A stretch of 64,000 nucleotides of DNA from positions 107,382 to 171,381 of the forward strand of contig CAYJQX010000001.1 of assembly GCA_964372755.1 (NCBI GenBank), given 5' to 3'. Origin of the DNA: an uncultured Candidatus Saccharibacteria bacterium. Its GTDB lineage: Bacteria > Patescibacteriota > Minisyncoccia > UBA9983. How positions within the stretch are numbered: position 1 is the first letter of the stretch; each line of letters begins with the position of its first letter. The position numbers and the translations under genes are program-made. Positions 58,778 through 64,000 of the stretch are shown one piece after another. The notes under the pieces are model-generated. The model saw only the letters and a list, made by a program, of their open reading frames with translations. It made no database searches and had not been told where the DNA came from.

Positions 58778-59056
58778 ATGTCCAAACCAGATAAAGATGA
58801 GGAAGCTCTTGTTGAGCTCACTCGCAACGCACTCGCCGACGTACTCGGACGAGAGCCGTCCCGACAAGAAGTTTGGAAAGTCCACGCTGGCTTTAAGCGT
58901 ATGGCGTTCATGCTTTTGGATCACATGAATCACATCAAAAAACATGAGAACGAAAATCCTGATCAAGAGACTTATCCGGAGGATATGGACACGGATGACT
59001 CGGAAGCCGCCGACAAGGAAGGAACTTCTTTGGAGACGGGAGAGCCTCTTACGTAA
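58778..59056 (+). CDS. hypothetical acidic protein
   Basis: 92-aa ORF in the island. Confidence 0.35.
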   Translation: MSKPDKDEEALVELTRNALADVLGREPSRQEVWKVHAGFKRMAFMLLDHMNHIKKHENENPDQETYPEDMDTDDSEAADKEGTSLETGEPLT

Positions 59057-59180
59057 CTTCAACATCCGGGAACTTGAAAATCCAATTACACGAAGAGATT
59101 TCTGCCGAGCGATGGATAACATCGATCGAGCTCTTCCCAAGGCCAGAGAGTGGTAAAGACCGAGCCTTACTCTCCCCTCA

Positions 59181-59786
59181 ATGACGCCAGACGTGATGGG
59201 AGGAATAAGGCCCGGTCTTGGTCGACTCCGCGCCTTAGTTTTTTCATGTATGCCGGATAAACAAATCGCAATCAGAGATCTTCGCAAAGGAGACTGGTAC
59301 TGGATCAGCAAAGTTCTCCTCGACGAGTACGGAAGCACGATCAAACCGATTGGCATCGCCGTTTATAACTGCCTGGCGGAGCATGCTAACCAGGAGGGTT
59401 TTTGCTTTCCTTCGCACAAACACATCGCCGACAAAATCGGCGCGAGTATTTCGAGTGTGCAAAGAGGCATACGGCAACTGATAAAGCTCGGCATCATCCG
59501 GAAAAGCCGGCGACGCTATCACAATGTGTACTACCTGTTGAAACTAGACCGGTCATACAGACCGAACTCAAACAAGACCGGTCAGTCAGACTTGCACATC
59601 GGTCAGAGAGACCGGTCAGATCAGTCAGTGGGAACTACTAACAAGAATAAAGAAAAAGAATTAATTAATAAGAATTCCGAACGTGATCAAAAAACTGGGG
59701 ATAACTTGCACGAATTGAAATCTGCGCTCGTTGAAAAGATGTCTATGAGTAGCTCAAAGAGGAGGACGGCGATGGATGACAGCTGA
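59181..59786 (+). CDS. HTH-domain protein, putative replication initiator / phage regulatory protein
   Basis: HIADKIGASISSVQRGIRQLIKLGII winged-helix-like; iteron-like repeats inside the 3' coding region. Confidence 0.45.
   Translation: MTPDVMGGIRPGLGRLRALVFSCMPDKQIAIRDLRKGDWYWISKVLLDEYGSTIKPIGIAVYNCLAEHANQEGFCFPSHKHIADKIGASISSVQRGIRQLIKLGIIRKSRRRYHNVYYLLKLDRSYRPNSNKTGQSDLHIGQRDRSDQSVGTTNKNKEKELINKNSERDQKTGDNLHELKSALVEKMSMSSSKRRTAMDDS
59546..59618. repeat. three direct copies of AGACCGGTCA (palindromic core GACCGGTC) at 59546, 59575 and 59609: iteron-like
   Basis: read directly; ~29-34 nt spacing. Confidence 0.45.
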
Positions 59787-59909
59787 TCATCGTTGGCCGT
59801 CCGGGAAATGGTCGAACCCCGGTCTGAAATATTATTAACTAATCCATGATCGAGGATTTCTGAAAGCCAATATCAGCAATACCAGCCCAAGAAACCTCCA
59901 ACGCTACCT

Positions 59910-60194
59910 ATGGATCAAGATCAATTAAATATAGGCAATTGCCCTCATTGCACTAAGATCATCTTCAAGAACGGAGCATTCAACTCGAACGCTTCGTTTA
60001 CGATGCGTTGCCCGAGCTGTCAGAAACTCCTTGAAATAGAGATAAGGACAAAGATTGAGATCATCATAAAACCAGCTGAAAGATATCTATCAGAGAAAAA
60101 ACCAAAGTTTGGGAAATTGCCTGTGCTATTTCTGATTCCCACACCTTCTTGCTCTTATGCAATTTGTATCTGTGTAATCAATTGTCTTTGCTGA
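59910..60194 (+). CDS. zinc-ribbon hypothetical protein
   Basis: CPHC...CPSC pairs. Confidence 0.35.
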   Translation: MDQDQLNIGNCPHCTKIIFKNGAFNSNASFTMRCPSCQKLLEIEIRTKIEIIIKPAERYLSEKKPKFGKLPVLFLIPTPSCSYAICICVINCLC

Positions 60195-60267
60195 AGTTCC
60201 ATACTCGTTATACAAAAAGGAGCTACATTAGCCCCTTTTTGCCCTTTGTTTGCCCCTGTGGCGAGCT

Positions 60268-61875
60268 TTATTCGACCTTGAAGCCAAACATCATGCTGGC
60301 CTCCAAATGCTCCGCAATGTGACAGTGTGCCATCCACTCGCCGGGATTGGTCATTTCGACGAGAATCTCAACATTGTCGCCATTTTGAATAAGCGTAGTA
60401 TCTTTCCAGACGAGGTTATCATTCGGTTTGCCATTCGTACTCAACACCAAGAATCGCTGACCGTGGAAGTGGATCGGGTGTTGCATTGGATGCATGGAAT
60501 TCGGGTCGTTGGTGATTTTGATTTTCACCTTGTCACCAACTTTAAATTTCCAGTCGATGTCCATATTTTTATTACCGGTGTCTTCGTCTTCTATAACCCA
60601 CTTCATCATCTCCGGATTGGACATTGCATTCATCATGGTATTACTGTCTTCCCACTCAATCGGATTGTCGCTTGCCATCATCGATCCATTCGACATGCTC
60701 TGGCCGTTGCCCATCATGTGCATGTTGTGACCGCCGGTCTCTTCCTGTTGCATCATGCCCTGCATATCCATACCCATATCAATGGACAACTTCAGACGCT
60801 TGTCTACCGGTTTATTGAACGACGACCTGAAGGCATCAATCTCAGATTGTATGTCTTTGTTTGAGCGCAATACTGCAAACTCTTTCTCAAAAGAAATGGC
60901 GATTTTTTCACTCGCAATGGTAATTGTTCCGAGCGTATAGGTACGTTCAGGAGTTTTGTGCTCAAGTTTATACGACCCAGCGTTAGCAAACAACACTTCA
61001 ACAATGACTCGTTCGGAGGGACTCAAGATAACGCCATCGCTCCATGTTTCGCGTTCGTATTTGCCGCCGTCAGCACCCACAAGCTTCATCTTTGCGCCAG
61101 GAATAGAGAGATTGAATGTTCTGGTATTGGCGGAGTTCGTGATATAGAAACGAATCACTTCTCCGGCATTTGCTTGAAGTGTGTAATCCGTCTCACCGTT
61201 TACGAGCATGGTATTACCAAACCTGCCCATGAGAGTATGGTCAGCAGATGCTTTGCTGAATACTGCGATCTTGCCATTTTCCATGAGGATATCGTCTACA
61301 AAGAGAGCGACTTCGCGGTTGACCGGAGACCAGTAGTTCGGATCATTGGGAACGACAAGGTAATTGCCGTAGAGACCAAGCTCCTGTGCATAGTCTTCTC
61401 GAATGTGTGGATGATACCAATACATGCCCTCGTCGGGGAACTTGACCTTGTAGGTGAAAGATTCGCCCGGCCTAACCTCCTTCTGTGTCACATCTGGTAC
61501 GCCATCGAATTTATTCTCCAGCCGTACACCGTGCGAGTGAATCGTGGTATCGACATCAGTGTTATTAGTGAAATTCAAAGTAACTTCTGCACCTTGCTCA
61601 ACCTTGATCATGGGTCCCGGTATCATGCCGTTATATGCGAGCATTTTAACCACGCTGTTACCGATCGTTTTCTTTACGATAGACGCCGTGAGGTTGTATG
61701 TATCACCGTTCTTAAGCTCGACTATCTCGCTCTGCTTGGCTTCCACAAGGCCGGTGATATCGGTAGAAAAACTACCAGCCAATACTGTATTACCTGTGTC
61801 TGTCTGTCGTAGTAAAGCGATTCCGCCGACCACGATCACGACTGCAATGATTCCAATGATTAGTTTATTTTTCAT
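60268..61875 (-). CDS. multicopper oxidase (CueO/CopA-type) with signal peptide and Met-rich insert
   Basis: HxH copper sites (WYHPH, HPIHFHG), HCHIAEHLEASMM type-1 Cu site, Met-rich MGMDMQGMMQQ...MHMMGNG segment. Confidence 0.85.
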   Translation of the reverse strand: MKNKLIIGIIAVVIVVGGIALLRQTDTGNTVLAGSFSTDITGLVEAKQSEIVELKNGDTYNLTASIVKKTIGNSVVKMLAYNGMIPGPMIKVEQGAEVTLNFTNNTDVDTTIHSHGVRLENKFDGVPDVTQKEVRPGESFTYKVKFPDEGMYWYHPHIREDYAQELGLYGNYLVVPNDPNYWSPVNREVALFVDDILMENGKIAVFSKASADHTLMGRFGNTMLVNGETDYTLQANAGEVIRFYITNSANTRTFNLSIPGAKMKLVGADGGKYERETWSDGVILSPSERVIVEVLFANAGSYKLEHKTPERTYTLGTITIASEKIAISFEKEFAVLRSNKDIQSEIDAFRSSFNKPVDKRLKLSIDMGMDMQGMMQQEETGGHNMHMMGNGQSMSNGSMMASDNPIEWEDSNTMMNAMSNPEMMKWVIEDEDTGNKNMDIDWKFKVGDKVKIKITNDPNSMHPMQHPIHFHGQRFLVLSTNGKPNDNLVWKDTTLIQNGDNVEILVEMTNPGEWMAHCHIAEHLEASMMFGFKVE

Positions 61876-61894
61876 ATATTTATTGGTCGGTTAA

Positions 61895-64000
61895 TTATAA
61901 TTCACGCCTTCGTAGAAGGACGGCGTTAATTGCAACAATAACCGTGCTTGCCGACATAAACACGGCGGCTACTGCCGGATCAAGAATGATTCCCTTGAAT
62001 GCAAGTGCGCCGGCCGCAAGAGGCAGTGCTACCACGTTATAGCCGGTTGCCCAAAACAGGTTCTGGATCATCTTTGTATAGGTCATCTGCGACAATCGCA
62101 CAATCTTCACGATATCCCGAGGATCGTTCCGAACAAGAATGATACCGGCCGATTCAATGGCGACATTTGTACCTGCACCTATTGCAATGCCGAGATCGGC
62201 CTGTGTCAGAGCCGGAGCATCATTGATACCATCGCCGACCATAGCAACTTTGAGACCTCGCTCTTGAAGCGCTTTTACCTTTTCTGATTTCTCCGACGGG
62301 AGTACCCTAGCGAAATACTCATCTATGCCAAGCTCGGAGGCAACCCACTTGGCAACATCTTCGGAGTCGCCGGTGATCATTGCTGTTTTCACACCCCTTT
62401 CTTTGAGCGACTTAATGGCTTCTCGTGACTCTTCGCGGATGATGTCGGCAAGAGCAATGGCACCGAGGAGCTTTTTATCCTTTACCGTAAAGACAACGGT
62501 CTGTCCTTTTTTTCCAGCATCCTGAACCTGATTGGAGATTTCATTGGGGACGGTAAGTCCAAGACCCTCAAGAAGTGCCGGTCCACCAACCATAATCTCC
62601 TGCTCGCCGATCATTGCTTTCACGCCTTTACCTTTGATCGCTTCAAATTTCTTAGGATCTTTGAGTGACAATTTTTGTTCTTTTGCTTTTGCGACAACAG
62701 CACGAGCGATCGGATGTTCCGACAGGGTATCAAGTGAAGCGGCTAATTCTACAACCTCGTCTTTAGTATGTCCGCTAGTGTTCCAAACTTCCACTACTCC
62801 GAATTCTCCCTTGGTTAGTGTTCCTGTTTTATCAAATAACACTGTGTCAATAGTTCGAGCGGCTTCAAGAGCAAGACGCTGTTTTACCAAAAAGCCGTTC
62901 TGTGCCGCTTTGGTTGTAGAGATTGATGCAACAAGCGGCACTGCCAGACCAAGTGCGTGCGGACAGGCAATGACAAGTACGGCTACAAGCCGAGCCACCG
63001 CAAAACCGACGTCAGCTCCGACCATAAGCCATGCAATGAGCGTAATTATGCCTCCACCGACTGCGACTATTGTGAGATAAAGGGCGGCTCGGTCGGAAAG
63101 AATCTGCAAACGCGACTTGGAAGCTTGAGCTTCGGCGACTAAACGCATAACACCAGCAAGAAAGGTTTTCTCGCCGATTTGTGCAACCTTAATTTTCAGT
63201 GCACCATCACCATTTATAGTGCCAGCGATAACTGCGTCACCCTGCTTCTTGGAAACTGGTTTCGACTCTCCAGTAACCATCGACTCGTTTACATCGGAAT
63301 CTCCGTCAATGATCGAGCCGTCTGCAGGAATCTTCGTTCCGGGTTTTACGAGCACAACATCGTTCTCTCGAAGCTCGGAAAGCGAAATAGTTGTTGTTAC
63401 ACTATTACGGATTACTTCTGCAGTATCAGGAAGGAGCTTTGAAAGCTCCTTAAGCGCACCTTGTGCTCCGGAAACTGCACGCATCTCGAGCCAGTGCCCA
63501 AGAAGCATAATGGTGATAAGCGTTGTAAGCTCCCAAAAAAGAGCTTCAGCACCTGCAAAAACCGCATACACACTCCAGAGGTAAGCGGCAGAAATAGCGA
63601 TAGCGATCAGGGTCATCATGCCCGGCAGTCGTCCTTTGATTTCACGCCATGCACCAGCAAGGAATACCCAGCCACCATAGAAAAAGACGATCGATCCTAA
63701 GATCAAAGGGAGATAGTCCGAACCGGGAAAAGTAGGCGGTGACCACTTGAAAATAGTCTCTACGACCTTAGCGTAGAGCACAACTGGAATAGTTAAAATG
63801 AGGCTTATCCAAAACTTTCTAAAAAACATCTTGGTCGAATGACCTGCGTGTTTATCATGATCCTCGTGTCCGACTGATCCCTTTTTCTTTGTAGGCACCA
63901 GCCGCATACCGCATTCAGGGCACATACCAGGATTGTCCTGCATCACCTCTGGATGCATAGGGCAGGTGTACAGATCTTTTGTGTGTTCGTGATGAGTCAT
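61895..64000 (-). CDS. copper-transporting P1B-type ATPase, CPH-motif (CopB/P1B-3-like); start coincides with the window edge
   Basis: TM6 CPH (ACPHALGLAVP), DKTGTLT, GDGINDAPAL, HP dipeptide; His-rich N-terminus with CPMHPE...CPECG metal-binding zinc ribbon. Confidence 0.85.
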   Translation of the reverse strand: MTHHEHTKDLYTCPMHPEVMQDNPGMCPECGMRLVPTKKKGSVGHEDHDKHAGHSTKMFFRKFWISLILTIPVVLYAKVVETIFKWSPPTFPGSDYLPLILGSIVFFYGGWVFLAGAWREIKGRLPGMMTLIAIAISAAYLWSVYAVFAGAEALFWELTTLITIMLLGHWLEMRAVSGAQGALKELSKLLPDTAEVIRNSVTTTISLSELRENDVVLVKPGTKIPADGSIIDGDSDVNESMVTGESKPVSKKQGDAVIAGTINGDGALKIKVAQIGEKTFLAGVMRLVAEAQASKSRLQILSDRAALYLTIVAVGGGIITLIAWLMVGADVGFAVARLVAVLVIACPHALGLAVPLVASISTTKAAQNGFLVKQRLALEAARTIDTVLFDKTGTLTKGEFGVVEVWNTSGHTKDEVVELAASLDTLSEHPIARAVVAKAKEQKLSLKDPKKFEAIKGKGVKAMIGEQEIMVGGPALLEGLGLTVPNEISNQVQDAGKKGQTVVFTVKDKKLLGAIALADIIREESREAIKSLKERGVKTAMITGDSEDVAKWVASELGIDEYFARVLPSEKSEKVKALQERGLKVAMVGDGINDAPALTQADLGIAIGAGTNVAIESAGIILVRNDPRDIVKIVRLSQMTYTKMIQNLFWATGYNVVALPLAAGALAFKGIILDPAVAAVFMSASTVIVAINAVLLRRREL

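Larger units (their letters stand above)
56074..64000. mobile_element. putative integrative element/prophage remnant adjacent to tRNA-Ser(CGA); continues beyond the window
   Basis: recombinase, cI/Cro-like switch, Rep-like gene with iterons, metal-resistance cargo; GC content visibly higher than the rest of the window. Confidence 0.6.

Noticed and set aside
58736-59356. Track ORF 58736-59356 (-), 206 aa
   Set aside because: Arg-rich low-complexity translation antisense to two plus-strand genes in a GC-richer island; likely spurious.
60250-61894. Plus-strand track ORFs 60250-60864, 60958-61812 and 61544-61894
   Set aside because: Antisense to a well-supported multicopper oxidase gene; His/Cys-rich translations reflect mirror codons.

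Overview
This is an AT-rich bacterial window with compact, mostly housekeeping gene content. That composition is consistent with a small-genome Candidate Phyla Radiation (Patescibacteria-like) organism, which is an inference from composition only.

Recognisable genes include a GT4 glycosyltransferase, DEAD-box helicase, purD, a HIT protein, typA, trpS, RNase J, secG, groES/groEL, two LemA paralogs with a TPM protein, a sensor kinase and response regulator, a class II (B12) ribonucleotide reductase nrdJ, an O-antigen-ligase/TPR membrane protein, murJ, lepA, murD, murC, a P2-type cation ATPase, an AI-2E transporter, uppS, hsp20, a PrsW-like protease, valS, tsaD, a DsbA/glutaredoxin/trxB/sodA redox cluster, and seven tRNAs: Ser-GGA, Gly-CCC, Arg-CCT, Ala-GGC, Phe-GAA, Glu-TTC and Ser-CGA. 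An unannotated RNase P RNA lies on the minus strand at about 29476-29948.

The most notable regions are these:
- The right-hand ~8 kb (from tRNA-Ser-CGA at 55984 to the window edge) has higher GC and looks like an integrated mobile element. It carries a large serine recombinase overlapping the tRNA antisense, a cI-like XRE/S24 repressor divergent from a Cro-like HTH, a Rep-like HTH gene containing iteron-like AGACCGGTCA repeats, and copper-resistance cargo: a Met-rich multicopper oxidase and a P1B ATPase with a CPH motif (CopB-type).
- The tRNA-Phe locus at 46865-47335 has an intact tRNA-Phe flanked by a 5' fragment and a 3' partial duplicate. Each fragment carries a near-identical GC-rich CCCGCCCG...CGGGCGGG hairpin inserted in the D-loop or T-loop position.
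- A free-standing double-motif LAGLIDADG homing endonuclease has its last codons running into tRNA-Ser-GGA.
- Two tandem 49-aa Cys-rich paralogs lie downstream of trpS and are missed by the ORF track.
- A roughly 21-nt motif CGAAGCCTTGGCGAAGTGGGG occurs in-frame inside tsaD and sodA and again abutting tRNA-Ser-CGA.
- Several long perfect palindromes recur at separate loci.
- Candidate structured RNAs lie downstream of tRNA-Gly and upstream of typA.
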